Source of the DNA: an uncultured Massilia sp.
GTDB lineage: Bacteria > Pseudomonadota > Gammaproteobacteria > Burkholderiales > Burkholderiaceae_D
Assembly (NCBI RefSeq): GCF_913773735.1
Contig: NZ_CAJYEB010000010.1
Location: 237,894 to 301,893 of the forward strand
Length of the DNA: 64,000 bases
Direction of reading: 5' to 3'
Shown here: one piece after another, positions 49,473 to 59,739 of the stretch
Position numbering within the stretch: the first letter of the stretch is position 1
Layout: each line of letters begins with the position of its first letter
Translations under genes and position numbers: made by a program
The notes under the pieces: generated by a model
Database searches by the model: none
What the model was told of the DNA's origin: nothing
The model's input: the letters and a program-made list of their open reading frames with translations, nothing else

Positions 49473-50585
49473 ATGCCCATCTCCACCACCCAGGAAATCG
49501 TCGAAGAACTGCGCGCCGGGCGCATGGTCATCCTGGTCGACGAAGAAGACCGCGAGAACGAGGGCGACCTGGTGCTCGCCGCCGAGCACGTCACGCCCGA
49601 GGCGATCAACTTCATGATCCGTCACGCGCGCGGGCTGGTCTGCCTGACCCTGGCCGAGGAGATCTGCGACCGCCTGGAACTGCCGATGATGACGACCCGC
49701 AACGGCACCTCGTTCGGCACCAATTTCACGGTGTCGATCGAGGCCGCCGAAGGCGTCACCACCGGTATCTCGGCGGCCGACCGCGCGCGCACGATCCAGG
49801 TGGCGGTGGCCAAGGACGCGAAGCCGGAAGACCTGGTGCAGCCGGGCCACATCTTCCCGCTGCGCGCGGTCAAGGGCGGCGTGCTGATGCGCGCAGGCCA
49901 TACCGAGGCGGGCTGCGACCTGACCGAGATGGCGGGCCTGACCCCGGCGTCCGTCATCTGCGAGATCATCAAGGAAGACGGCACCATGGCGCGCCTGCCC
50001 GACCTGCTCGCCTTTGCCGAGGAACACGGCCTGAAGATCGGCACCATCGCCGACCTGATCCATTACCGCAGCCAGACCGAGACGCTGGTCGAGCGCGTTG
50101 CCGAGCGCACGCTGGCGACCGCCCACGGCGAATTCCAGCTGATCGCCTTCCGCGACCAGCCGAGCGGCTCGGCCCACCTGGCGCTGGTGCACGGCACGCC
50201 GTCCGAGGAGCGCGAGGCGCTGGTGCGCGTGCACCAGCCGGTGTCGATCCTGGACGTGCTCGATACCGCGTGCACCTCGCACTCGTGGAACCTGGCGGCG
50301 GCGATGGACACGGTCAAGCGCGCCGAGGCCGGCGTGATCGTCCTGCTCAATGCCGGCGAGACCGCGGCCGAGCTGTTCGAACGCTTCGAGGCGATGGACA
50401 AGCCGGCCAGCCGCCCGGCCGGGCGCGCGGCCAACCTCGACCTGCGCACCTACGGCATCGGCGCGCAGATCCTGCGCCAGCTCGGCGTGCGCAAGATGAA
50501 GCTGCTGGCCAACCCGCGCAAGATGCCGTCGATGACCGGCTTCGACCTGGAGGTCACGGGCTACCTGGCGCGCCCGGAGGCGTGA
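49473..50585 (+). CDS. ribB: DHBP synthase fused to a GTP cyclohydrolase II-like domain (RibB/RibBX)
   Basis: [12 protein letters not shown] and RAGHTEA motifs. The C-terminal domain lacks the canonical zinc cysteines. Confidence 0.92.
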   Translation: MPISTTQEIVEELRAGRMVILVDEEDRENEGDLVLAAEHVTPEAINFMIRHARGLVCLTLAEEICDRLELPMMTTRNGTSFGTNFTVSIEAAEGVTTGISAADRARTIQVAVAKDAKPEDLVQPGHIFPLRAVKGGVLMRAGHTEAGCDLTEMAGLTPASVICEIIKEDGTMARLPDLLAFAEEHGLKIGTIADLIHYRSQTETLVERVAERTLATAHGEFQLIAFRDQPSGSAHLALVHGTPSEEREALVRVHQPVSILDVLDTACTSHSWNLAAAMDTVKRAEAGVIVLLNAGETAAELFERFEAMDKPASRPAGRAANLDLRTYGIGAQILRQLGVRKMKLLANPRKMPSMTGFDLEVTGYLARPEA

Positions 50586-50682
50586 CGCGCGATCCACACA
50601 CGGGGTACCGCGCCGCACGGCGAACGCGGTACCATTGACGTATCCATCCACATTCAACGTAGCAAGAGAACAAGAGGCAGCC

Positions 50683-51162
50683 ATGACGGTAGGAACTTTT
50701 GAAAGCAATCTGGCAGGCGAAGGCCTGCGCATCGGGATCGTGCAGGCGCGTTTCAACGCGGACGTCGGGCACGGCCTGCTGTCGGCATGCCTGGCAGAAC
50801 TGAAACATCTCGGCGTGGCCGACGAGGACATCCTGCACGTGACCGTACCGGGCGCCCTCGAAGTCCCGCTGGCCCTGCAGAAGATGGCCGAGACCCAGCA
50901 GTTCGACGCGCTGGTCGCGCTGGGCGCCGTCATCCGCGGCGAGACCTATCACTTCGAACTGGTGTCGAACGAATCCGGCGCCGGCATCACCCGCGTGGGC
51001 CTGGACTATGGCATGCCGATCGCCAACGCGATCCTGACCACCGAAAACGACGAGCAGGCCGAGGCCCGCATGGCCGAAAAGGGCACCGATGCCGCGCGCG
51101 TCGCGGTCGAGATGGCCAATCTGCTGCTGGGCCTGGAAGAACTGCAGGCCGAGGAAGACTGA
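50683..51162 (+). CDS. ribH: 6,7-dimethyl-8-ribityllumazine synthase
   Basis: [14 protein letters not shown] and [12 protein letters not shown] motifs. Confidence 0.96.
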   Translation: MTVGTFESNLAGEGLRIGIVQARFNADVGHGLLSACLAELKHLGVADEDILHVTVPGALEVPLALQKMAETQQFDALVALGAVIRGETYHFELVSNESGAGITRVGLDYGMPIANAILTTENDEQAEARMAEKGTDAARVAVEMANLLLGLEELQAEED

Positions 51163-51178
51163 AAGCAAGGCAAGGAAC

Positions 51179-51649
51179 ATGACTGAAAAAACTACGCACG
51201 CCAACCCGAACAAGAACCGCACGCCGCGTCACCGCGCGCGCGAGTTCGCCCTGCAGGGTTTGTACCAATGGCTGCTGAACAATGAGCCGGCGGCCACGAT
51301 CATCGCCAACATCCGTACCGCGCACGGTTTCGACAAGGCCGACAGCGAATACTTCAAGGAGTTGCTGCACGGCGCGATCGCCCAGTCGGTCGAGCTGCGC
51401 GAGCTGCTGGCGCCGACCGTCGACCGTCCGGTCGCCGAACTGTCGCCGATCGAGCACGCGGTGCTGTTGCTGGGCGCCTATGAGCTGAAGAACCAGCTCG
51501 AAATCCCGTACCGCGTCGTCATCAACGAAGCGGTCGAGCTGACCAAGTCCTTCGGCGGCATCGACGGCCATAAGTACGTGAACGGCGTGCTCGACCGCCT
51601 GGTCGGCAGGCTGCGCCCGGACGAGGCGGGCGCGGACGCGAAGCGCTGA
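51179..51649 (+). CDS. nusB: Transcription antitermination factor NusB
   Basis: RHRAREFALQGLYQW, VINEAVELTKSFGG and YVNGVLD motifs. Confidence 0.96.
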   Translation: MTEKTTHANPNKNRTPRHRAREFALQGLYQWLLNNEPAATIIANIRTAHGFDKADSEYFKELLHGAIAQSVELRELLAPTVDRPVAELSPIEHAVLLLGAYELKNQLEIPYRVVINEAVELTKSFGGIDGHKYVNGVLDRLVGRLRPDEAGADAKR

Positions 51650-51676
51650 TCGTTTTACCCTCTATATATAGAGAGA

Positions 51677-51708
51677 GGCCGCGCCGGGGAACCGGGGCGG
51701 CCTTTTTG
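51677..51708 (+). terminator. Intrinsic terminator after nusB
   Basis: GGCCGCGCCGGGGAACCGGGGCGGCC followed by TTTTT. Confidence 0.7.
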
Positions 51709-51829
51709 TTTGTCCTGCGGTCCAGGTGCATGACCTGTCGCTGCGGCGCAGGCTGGGGCGGACTGCGCATGTGGCGTCGAAACGCGGGAACCATCGGGCC
51801 CCCGGCACGCGCCGGGGTGACGGGGCGCC

Positions 51830-51869
51830 AAAAAGAAAGCCACCGCGGCTCCCGCCAACGGTGGCTTTC
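51830..51869 (-). terminator. Intrinsic terminator after the slt gene
   Basis: Minus-strand GAAAGCCACCG/CGGTGGCTTTC stem followed by TTTTT. Confidence 0.75.
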
Positions 51870-51884
51870 GACCAGGAAGGGGTG

Positions 51885-52787
51885 TTACAGCCCGGCGACG
51901 GTCTCGCCGTTCTGGCTGTTGCCGTGCGCCGTCTCGGCGGCATCGGCCTTCGGCGCGGGCGCCGATTTCTGGGCCAGCGTCGCGGCCGGCGCGACCGGGG
52001 CCGCAGGGGCGGTGTAGATCGGCACGTTCTTGCCGCGCGCGACCTGCTTCAGGCGGTTGTACTCGGCCATGACCTTGTTGCCGTAGCCGGAATCGTCGTC
52101 GAAGGCGCCGGCGCCGACGTAGGTCTTGAGGCCGCCCTCGACGGAACCGGTGCGGGTCACGTAATCCTTCAGGATCTGGGCGCCGACGCGGATGTTGGCG
52201 ACCGGATTCAGGGCAGCCTGCTTGCCGCCGACTTCCTCGAACTTGTCGCTGTGGACCTTCGACATCACCTGCATCAGGCCCTGCGCGCCCATCGGGCTTT
52301 CCGCGAACGGATTCAGGCCCGATTCGATGGCCATCACGGCCAGGATCAGCAGCGGGTCGAGCTTGATCTCGTGGGCCGTGTTGTAGGCGGTCGTCACCAG
52401 CATGTTGGCGGCGTCGCCGGCTACGCGGTAGCGCCGCGACAGCCAGTCGGTCACGTACTTCTGCTGGCGCGTGACGCGGTGCGTCTTGTCGTCGTTGGCG
52501 ACTTCGACGGCGTGGGCCGCGGCGGCCTGCGGCCGTGCGGGAGCGGCCGCCACGACAGCGGGAGCTGCCTGTTGCGGGCTCAGGAAATCCGACACGCGCT
52601 TGGCGAAGTCGGGGCGGAGGTACAGCAGCGCCATCATGGCGACTGCGGAAATGCCGAATACGGTCATCGTATGTTTTGCGGTGGTAAAGACACCGCGCGC
52701 CGTTTTGATCACGGAAGACCACGTGATGGGCTGGCTGGCCGCCTGTTGGACGAGCCTTGCGCTCGTACCGATGAAGCGATGGATCAT
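51885..52787 (-). CDS. Lytic transglycosylase (SLT domain)
   Basis: LILAVMAIESGLNP, GAQGLMQVM and NIRVGAQILKDY motifs. GGAGAG RBS before ATG 52787. Confidence 0.9.
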   Translation of the reverse strand: MIHRFIGTSARLVQQAASQPITWSSVIKTARGVFTTAKHTMTVFGISAVAMMALLYLRPDFAKRVSDFLSPQQAAPAVVAAAPARPQAAAAHAVEVANDDKTHRVTRQQKYVTDWLSRRYRVAGDAANMLVTTAYNTAHEIKLDPLLILAVMAIESGLNPFAESPMGAQGLMQVMSKVHSDKFEEVGGKQAALNPVANIRVGAQILKDYVTRTGSVEGGLKTYVGAGAFDDDSGYGNKVMAEYNRLKQVARGKNVPIYTAPAAPVAPAATLAQKSAPAPKADAAETAHGNSQNGETVAGL

Positions 52788-53095
52788 CGTCTCTCCTTTG
52801 TCGCGGAAAAAGCGTTCCCATTGCGGCGCGCGAAGCGCTGCAGTCATGGACATACTCATGCCGTGCATCAGAAAACCGTCCGTCGCCGCTCGTTGCGGTC
52901 GACTAACGCCGTCGTTGCTTGCTACAGCTGGGCCGCGCTGCGATGGAGGCGCCCAGTGGCTAACAAGTTCTCGGGGGAGGTTGGGCAGACGCCCAGGGAA
53001 ACACTCCTTAAAATGTCGCTGGGGCCCCGTCCCCGTGAAAGAATGAGACCGGCTAAAATCACGTTCTGGACGGGCCTGTCTCACTAAGTAGGCGG

Positions 53096-53124
53096 ATTGT
53101 AGGGGCGCGTTTATACCAAGTCAA
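53096..53124 (-). promoter_or_regulatory. Sigma70 promoter of the slt gene
   Basis: Minus-strand TTGACT-N17-TACAAT. Confidence 0.7.
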
Positions 53125-53257
53125 TACTAGCACGCCTGTTCTTTATTACTTTCAGATCTAAAGTAAGCCTCGGGGCTCATCAATTCTTTGGCAAATCAAT
53201 CACTTGCCGCTGATTGTTAGCCAACCTCAAAAGATGTAAAAAAGAATTAAAAACGCG

Positions 53258-54742
53258 ATGAACTACTCTGATTTACGCGATTTCCTTGCTAAGTTGCAAG
53301 AAATCGGTGACTTCAAGCGCATATCGGTGCCCATTTCCCCGAATCTCGAGATGACGGAGGTCTGCGACCGCACGCTGCGCGCCGGCGGACCGGCCCTGCT
53401 GTTCGAAAAGCCCACCGGCCACACCATCCCGGTGCTCGCCAACCTGTTCGGCACGCCGCGCCGGGTGGCGCTGGGCATGGGTGCCGACGACGTCGGCGAG
53501 CTGCGTCGCATCGGCCACGTGCTGGCGCGCCTCAAGGAGCCCGAGCCGCCCAAGGGATTGCGCGACATCATGGACATGGGCTCGCTCGTCAAGGCCGTGT
53601 GGGACATGGCGCCCAAGGAAATCAAGGGCGCGCCCTGCCAGGAAATCGTTTGGGAAGGGCAGGACGTGGACCTGGGCCGCCTGCCGATCCAGCATTGCTG
53701 GCCGGGCGACATCGCGCCGCTGATCACCTGGGGCCTGGTCATCACCAAGGGGCCGAACAAGAAACGCCAGAACCTGGGCATCTACCGCCAGCAGGTGCTG
53801 GGGCCGAACAAGGTCATCATGCGCTGGCTGGCGCACCGCGGCGGCGCGCTCGATTTCCGCGAGCACTGCATCGCCAACCCGGGCCAGCCGTATCCGGTGG
53901 CCGTGGCGCTGGGCGCCGATCCGGCCACCATCCTGGGCGCGGTGACGCCGGTGCCGGACACGCTGTCCGAATACCAGTTCGCCGGGCTGCTGCGCGGCCA
54001 GCGCACGACGCTCACCAAGGCTATCGGCAGCGAGCTGCGCGTGCCGGCATCCGCCGAGATCGTGCTGGAAGGCCATATCTATCCGGACCAGAGCCATCCG
54101 ACCGGCTTCGAGCATGCGCTGGAAGGCCCGTACGGCGACCACACCGGCTACTACAACGAGCAGGACTGGTTCCCGGTGTTCACCATCGACCGCATCACGA
54201 TGCGGCGCGACCCGATCTACCACTCCACCTATACCGGCAAGCCGCCCGACGAGCCGGCCGTGCTGGGCGTGGCGCTGAACGAGGTGTTCATCCCGCTGCT
54301 GCAGAAGCAGTTCAGCGAGATCACCGACTTCTACCTGCCGCCGGAAGGTTGCAGCTACCGCATGGCGGTGGTGCAGATGAAGAAGCAGTACGCCGGCCAC
54401 GCCAAGCGCGTGATGTTCGGCGTGTGGAGCTTCCTGCGCCAGTTCATGTACACCAAGTTCATCGTCGTGGTGGACGAGGACGTCGACGTGCGCGACTGGA
54501 AGGAAGTGATCTGGGCGATCACGACCCGCGTCGACCCGACGCGCGACACGGTGCTGGTCGACAATACGCCGATCGACTACCTCGACTTCGCGTCGCCGGT
54601 CAGCGGCCTGGGCAGCAAGATGGGCATCGACGCCACCAACAAGTGGCCGGGCGAGACCGACCGCGAGTGGGGCACGCCGATCGTGATGACGCCGGAGGTC
54701 AAGGCGCGCGTGGACGGGATCTGGCAGCAGCTGGGACTGTAG
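53258..54742 (+). CDS. ubiD: 4-hydroxy-3-polyprenylbenzoate decarboxylase
   Basis: [28 protein letters not shown] and [10 protein letters not shown] motifs. Confidence 0.96.
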   Translation: MNYSDLRDFLAKLQEIGDFKRISVPISPNLEMTEVCDRTLRAGGPALLFEKPTGHTIPVLANLFGTPRRVALGMGADDVGELRRIGHVLARLKEPEPPKGLRDIMDMGSLVKAVWDMAPKEIKGAPCQEIVWEGQDVDLGRLPIQHCWPGDIAPLITWGLVITKGPNKKRQNLGIYRQQVLGPNKVIMRWLAHRGGALDFREHCIANPGQPYPVAVALGADPATILGAVTPVPDTLSEYQFAGLLRGQRTTLTKAIGSELRVPASAEIVLEGHIYPDQSHPTGFEHALEGPYGDHTGYYNEQDWFPVFTIDRITMRRDPIYHSTYTGKPPDEPAVLGVALNEVFIPLLQKQFSEITDFYLPPEGCSYRMAVVQMKKQYAGHAKRVMFGVWSFLRQFMYTKFIVVVDEDVDVRDWKEVIWAITTRVDPTRDTVLVDNTPIDYLDFASPVSGLGSKMGIDATNKWPGETDREWGTPIVMTPEVKARVDGIWQQLGL

Positions 54743-54870
54743 CGCGCGGGCGGTGCGCGTGCCGCGCCGTTCGACACCGGGGGCAGGGCCCATTGGACAT
54801 CGACACCGGGCCCTGACCCCTGCCGCATACACATATATATAGGGCATACATAGCGCGGCGACAAAGCCGT

Positions 54871-54899
54871 TTGCCTGCCCCTCCCGCGTCGGGTATAAT
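54871..54899 (+). promoter_or_regulatory. Sigma70 promoter of the SRP RNA
   Basis: TTGCCT-N17-TATAAT, 7 nt before the RNA 5' end. Confidence 0.8.
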
Positions 54900-54906
54900 G
54901 CGAGCT

Positions 54907-55002
54907 GGCGGGCCCCTGCGCATTGTGGCATGGTTTACCTGGTCAGGTCGGGAACGAAGCAGCCAAAGCCGTTCACCGCAAGTGCCGCAGATCAGGCTCG
55001 CC
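54907..55002 (+). ncRNA. ffs: Small bacterial SRP RNA (4.5S)
   Basis: Terminal stem GGCGGGCC/GGCTCGCC; domain IV motif TCAGGTCGGGAACGAAGCAGC; ffs-dnaX-ybaB-recR synteny. Confidence 0.93.
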
Positions 55003-55196
55003 TCTTTCGTTGTTCCCGTATTCCTCGCCGTCCTCGTCTTTCCGCCTCCCGTTTCCCTCTCGTTTCCATTTCGTCGTCGATGGCCCTCCAGGGCACGCTT
55101 CGTTGCGCCCGCGTGTTGCGCCGCCATCCCGCAGCGTCGTGTCCGCCGGACATGGAGTATTGGCCCTGCGCCCCCGGTCTACGGTAAAATCGCGGT

Positions 55197-57410
55197 ATGT
55201 CCTATCAAGTCCTCGCCCGCAAATACCGTCCCCGGAACTTCGAAACGCTGGTCGGCCAGGAGCACGTCGTCCGTGCCCTGACCCATGCACTGCGCACCGG
55301 GCGGCTGCACCACGCCTACCTGTTCACCGGCACGCGCGGGGTGGGCAAGACGACGCTGTCGCGCATCCTGGCCAAGTCGCTCAACTGTACCGGGCCGGAC
55401 GGGCAGGGCGGCATCACCGCCGAACCCTGCGGCCAGTGCGAAGCCTGCCGCGCGATCGACGCCGGCCGCTTCGTCGACTACATCGAGATGGACGCCGCCT
55501 CCAACCGCGGCGTCGACGAGATGGCGCAACTGCTCGAGCAGGCGGTCTATGCGCCCAGCAACGCACGCTACAAGGTCTACATGATCGACGAGGTGCACAT
55601 GCTGACCAACCACGCCTTCAACGCCATGCTGAAGACGCTGGAAGAACCGCCCGAGCACGTGAAATTCATCCTCGCGACCACCGACCCGCAAAAGATCCCG
55701 GTGACGGTGCTGTCGCGCTGCCTGCAGTTCAACCTCAAGCAGATGCCGCCGGGCCATATCGTCGGGCACCTGGAAAACATCCTCGGCCAGGAAGGCGTGA
55801 CCTTCGAGCAGCCGGCGCTGCGCCTGCTGGCGCAGGGCGCGCACGGGTCGATGCGCGATGCGCTGTCGCTGACCGACCAGGCCATCGCCTACGCCGCCGG
55901 CGCCGTCACGCTCGACGCCGTGCAGGGCATGCTGGGCGCGCTCGACCAGTCCTACCTCGTGCGCCTGCTCGACGCGCTGGCGCAGCAGGACGGCGCCGAC
56001 CTGATGGCGGTGGCGGACGAGATGGCCAGCCGCAGCCTGTCGTACAACGGCGCGCTGCAGGACCTCGGCACGCTGCTGCACCGTATCGCGCTGGCGCAGA
56101 CCGTGCCGACGGCCGTGCCGCAGGACCTCCCCGAACTGGCCGACATCCAGCGCCTGGCGCTCGCCTTCGATCCGCAGGAAGTGCAGCTGTACTACCAGAT
56201 CGCCGTGCACGGCCGCAACGAGATCGGCCTCGCGCCGGACGAGTACGCCGGCTTCACGATGACGCTGCTGCGCATGCTGGCCTTCCGTCCGGGGCAGGGC
56301 GGCGCCGAGCCAGCCGGCACCCCGGCGCCGGGCGCGCTGGCGCGCCCGCTGCCGCAGGCCCAGGCGGTCCGCCCGGCCGCGGCGCCGGCGCCGTCCGCAC
56401 CGGTCTCCCAGGCGCCGGCGCGTCCGGCGGCCGGGCCGGCTGCCGCCCATGGCCACGGCGCACCGGCCGGAGCGCCCGCTCCCGCTTCCGCAGCCGGCGG
56501 CGGCGCCCCGGCCATGAGCCTGGCCCGCGCCTCGATCAATGCCGCGCTGGAAGCGGCGCGCGCCGCCTCGCGCGGCGGCAGCGGCGGCGTCGCCAAGCGT
56601 CCGCCGCCGGCCGATGCCTCCGCCGCGCCCGCGGCGCCGGTGCCGGCGCCGTCCCCCGCATCCATCCCCGGGCCGCAGGCGAGCGCCGCCCCGGCCCGTC
56701 CCGCCGCCGCGTCGACGGCGCCGTGGGATGCGGCGCCGGGCGCCGGCACGCAGGCGCAGGCCCGCGCGCAGGCGCCGGCGCCGGCGCAGCAGCCCGCGGG
56801 CCGCGCGCAGCCGGGCGCCGTGGCGCGGCAGGCGCCGCAGGCCCATGAACAGACCGTGGCCGACGATGAGCCGCCGTCCTGGGTCACCGAATTTTCCGAC
56901 GATACCGCCGTCGCCGCGCCGGCCGCCGACGCCCCCGCGCTGGCGCCGCCGCCGGCGCGCGTGGCCGCGTCGAGCGTCGCGCCGTATCCCTACGTCGTCA
57001 CGCCGGTGGCGCAGCTCGGCTGGGACGGCAACTGGCCCGCGCTGGCCGCCTCGCTGCCGCTGCGCGGCGTGGCCCAGCAGCTCGCGTTCCAGACCGAACT
57101 GGTGGAGTGCCGGGCCGACGCCGGCGCCGCCACCTTCCGCCTGCGCGTGCCGGTCGACACGCTGCGCGCCAGCGGCAACAGCGAGAAACTGTGCGCGGCG
57201 CTGCAGGAATGCTTCCCGTCCGTGCGCGTGAACGTCGACACCGAGATCGCGCCGGTCTGGTACACCGCCAGCGCGGAAGCGAAGGCGCGCCGCGAGCGGC
57301 TGCAGCGCGAGGCCGAGGCGACCGTCGAGGCCGACCCGTTCGTGCAGGAGATGGCGCGCACCTTCGACGCGTTCGTGGTGCCCGGCTCGGTGCGGCCGAT
57401 CGCGACCTGA
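55197..57410 (+). CDS. dnaX: DNA polymerase III gamma/tau
   Basis: YQVLARKYRP, GTRGVGKTT, IDEVHML and SRC motifs; long Ala/Pro linker. Confidence 0.96.
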   Translation: MSYQVLARKYRPRNFETLVGQEHVVRALTHALRTGRLHHAYLFTGTRGVGKTTLSRILAKSLNCTGPDGQGGITAEPCGQCEACRAIDAGRFVDYIEMDAASNRGVDEMAQLLEQAVYAPSNARYKVYMIDEVHMLTNHAFNAMLKTLEEPPEHVKFILATTDPQKIPVTVLSRCLQFNLKQMPPGHIVGHLENILGQEGVTFEQPALRLLAQGAHGSMRDALSLTDQAIAYAAGAVTLDAVQGMLGALDQSYLVRLLDALAQQDGADLMAVADEMASRSLSYNGALQDLGTLLHRIALAQTVPTAVPQDLPELADIQRLALAFDPQEVQLYYQIAVHGRNEIGLAPDEYAGFTMTLLRMLAFRPGQGGAEPAGTPAPGALARPLPQAQAVRPAAAPAPSAPVSQAPARPAAGPAAAHGHGAPAGAPAPASAAGGGAPAMSLARASINAALEAARAASRGGSGGVAKRPPPADASAAPAAPVPAPSPASIPGPQASAAPARPAAASTAPWDAAPGAGTQAQARAQAPAPAQQPAGRAQPGAVARQAPQAHEQTVADDEPPSWVTEFSDDTAVAAPAADAPALAPPPARVAASSVAPYPYVVTPVAQLGWDGNWPALAASLPLRGVAQQLAFQTELVECRADAGAATFRLRVPVDTLRASGNSEKLCAALQECFPSVRVNVDTEIAPVWYTASAEAKARRERLQREAEATVEADPFVQEMARTFDAFVVPGSVRPIAT

Positions 57411-57482
57411 TCGGGCGCTGCAGACGACCCGGCCCGCTTTTCGAATCCCTTTCGTTTCACCCGACCCATTGGAGAACACACC

Positions 57483-57809
57483 ATGATGAAGAACCAGCTC
57501 GCAGGCATGATGAAGCAGGTACAGGCCATGCAGGACAACATGAAGAAGGCGCAAGACCAGCTGGCCCTCATCGAAGTCGAAGGCCAGTCCGGCGCCGGCC
57601 TGGTCAAGGTCGTCATGACCTGCAAGAACGACGTCAAGCGCGTCACGATCGACCCGTCGCTGCTGGGCGACGACCGCGACATGCTGGAAGACCTGGTCGC
57701 CGCCGCGTTCAACGACGCGATCCGCAAGGCCGAGGCGACCACCCAGGAAAAGATGAGCGGCCTGACCGCCGGCCTGCCGATCCCGCCGGGCTTCAAGATG
57801 CCGTTCTGA
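57483..57809 (+). CDS. ybaB: YbaB/EbfC nucleoid-associated protein
   Basis: [10 protein letters not shown] and [11 protein letters not shown] motifs. Confidence 0.95.
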   Translation: MMKNQLAGMMKQVQAMQDNMKKAQDQLALIEVEGQSGAGLVKVVMTCKNDVKRVTIDPSLLGDDRDMLEDLVAAAFNDAIRKAEATTQEKMSGLTAGLPIPPGFKMPF

Positions 57810-57909
57810 GACGCCTGCAGCATCCGCGCCGGCGCGTGCCGGCGCCGTCCCTGCCGCCGCATCCCTGGTGCCCGGGGCAGGGGCGCCGATTCCTTTCACC
57901 GGAGCCATC

Positions 57910-58500
57910 ATGTCCAAATCGCTCGACTTCCTGACCGAGGCCCTGCGCCGCCTGCCGGGCGTCGGACCGAAGTCGGCGCAGCGCATGGCCTTCCACCTGC
58001 TGCAGCACGACCGCGAAGGCGCGGCCATGCTGTCGCGCGCGCTGTACCAGGCCGTCGACTCGGTGCACCACTGCGCCATGTGCAATACCTTTTCCGAGAC
58101 CGAGGTCTGCGAACTGTGCGCGGACGAGGAGCGCGACCGCGCGCTGCTGTGCGTGGTCGAGACGCCGGCGGACCAGATCATGATCGAGCAGACCCTGACC
58201 TACAAGGGCCTGTACTTCGTGCTGATGGGCAGGCTGTCGCCGCTGGACGGCATCGGTCCGCGCGACCTGCATCTCGAAAAACTGGTCAACCGCGCCAACG
58301 ACGGCCAGGTCGCCGAAGTGGTGTTGGCGACCAATTTCACCAACGAGGGCGAGGCGACCGCCCACTACATCAGCGAGATGCTGAAGGCGCGCGGGCTGAA
58401 GGTCAGCCGGCTGGCGCGCGGCGTACCGGTGGGGGGCGAACTCGAGTACGTGGACGCCGGCACCATCGCGCGCGCCATGCTGGACAGACGCAGTGCATAA
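57910..58500 (+). CDS. recR: Recombination mediator RecR
   Basis: [11 protein letters not shown], CxxC..CxxC zinc finger, Toprim domain, GELEYVD. Confidence 0.97.
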   Translation: MSKSLDFLTEALRRLPGVGPKSAQRMAFHLLQHDREGAAMLSRALYQAVDSVHHCAMCNTFSETEVCELCADEERDRALLCVVETPADQIMIEQTLTYKGLYFVLMGRLSPLDGIGPRDLHLEKLVNRANDGQVAEVVLATNFTNEGEATAHYISEMLKARGLKVSRLARGVPVGGELEYVDAGTIARAMLDRRSA

Positions 58501-58599
58501 TGGGCCTCCCGTGAGGGTGGCGGCTCCAGCTTTGACGGTGCGCAAAGTGGACGCGGCATGTCCGCTGCTATCGTGGGGATACTTTGACCGGACCCCAGC

Positions 58600-59739
58600 A
58601 TGCACCTCGTCGACATCACCATGTTCTATGCCGCGGAAGGCGGCGGCGTCAGCACCTACCTGAACGCCAAGGCGCACTGGCTGTCGCGTCGCAGCCGCGT
58701 GCGTCACACGATCATGAGCCCCAACGTCGAGACCTGCGGCGCGCACGTGCCCGCGCTGGTGCGCATCCCGGCGGCCGGGCTGCCCGGCTTCCATGGCTTT
58801 CGCATGCCGCTGTCGGTGGCGGGGCCCGCGCGCCTGCTGGCGTCGGCCCATCCCGACCTCGTGGAAGCCGGCGACGCCGGGCATTGCGCCTGGGCCGCGC
58901 TGCGCATGCGCGACCGCCACGACGTCCCCGCCGTCGCCTTCTACCACTCCGACCTGCCGCGCCTCGTGCAGCCGCGCCTGGGCAGCCTGGCCGCGCGCGG
59001 CACCTGCAACTACCTCGCCCGGCTGTACCGCCAGTTCGACCTGGTGCTGGCGCCCAGCCGCGCCATGGTGCAGCAGCTCGACGCCATCGGCGTGCATGGC
59101 GCCGTGCACCAGCCGCTCGGCATCGACAGCACCGTGTTCCGCCCGCGCCAGCGCGACGACGCGCTGCGCCGGCGCCTCGGCCTGGAGCCCGGCGTGCGCC
59201 TGCTCGTGTACGCGGGCCGCTTCACGCCCGAGAAAAAGCTCGACGTGCTGGTGCGCGCCATGCGCCGCCTGGGCCCGCGCTACCACCTGCTGCTGGTGGG
59301 GTCGGGCACGGCGCCGGCGTCGGCGCCCAACGTCACGCGCCTGCCGTTCGAGCGCGACCAGCGCCGCCTGGCGCGCCTGCTGGCCGGCTGCGACATGCTG
59401 GTGCACCCGGGCGACCGCGAAACCTTCGGCCTGATCGTGCTCGAAGCGATGGCCTGCGGCCTGCCGGTGGTGGGCGTCAACGGCGGCGGCATCGCGGAAC
59501 TGGTCGATGCCGACACCGGCCTGCTGGCCGAACCGGACAGCGTCGACAGCTTCGCCGGCGCCATCGAGGCGCTGTACCAGCGCGACATGGCGCGCATGGG
59601 CACCGCGGCGCGGCGCAAGGCCGCCGAACGCTACGACTGGAACGAAATCCTGCCGCAGGTGCTGGGGCGCTACGACGGCCTGCTGTCGCGCCGCGCCCAT
59701 GCGGCGCCCGACCCGGAGCGTGCCTGTGCCGTCGACTGA
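58600..59739 (+). CDS. GT4 (group 1) glycosyltransferase
   Basis: MFYAAEGGGVSTY, GRFTPEKK and ETFGLIVLEAMACG motifs. Confidence 0.92.
   Translation: MHLVDITMFYAAEGGGVSTYLNAKAHWLSRRSRVRHTIMSPNVETCGAHVPALVRIPAAGLPGFHGFRMPLSVAGPARLLASAHPDLVEAGDAGHCAWAALRMRDRHDVPAVAFYHSDLPRLVQPRLGSLAARGTCNYLARLYRQFDLVLAPSRAMVQQLDAIGVHGAVHQPLGIDSTVFRPRQRDDALRRRLGLEPGVRLLVYAGRFTPEKKLDVLVRAMRRLGPRYHLLLVGSGTAPASAPNVTRLPFERDQRRLARLLAGCDMLVHPGDRETFGLIVLEAMACGLPVVGVNGGGIAELVDADTGLLAEPDSVDSFAGAIEALYQRDMARMGTAARRKAAERYDWNEILPQVLGRYDGLLSRRAHAAPDPERACAVD

Noticed and set aside
55197-57410. Programmed -1 frameshift in dnaX
   Set aside because: No A-AAA-AAG slippery site or long A/T run was seen in the coding sequence.
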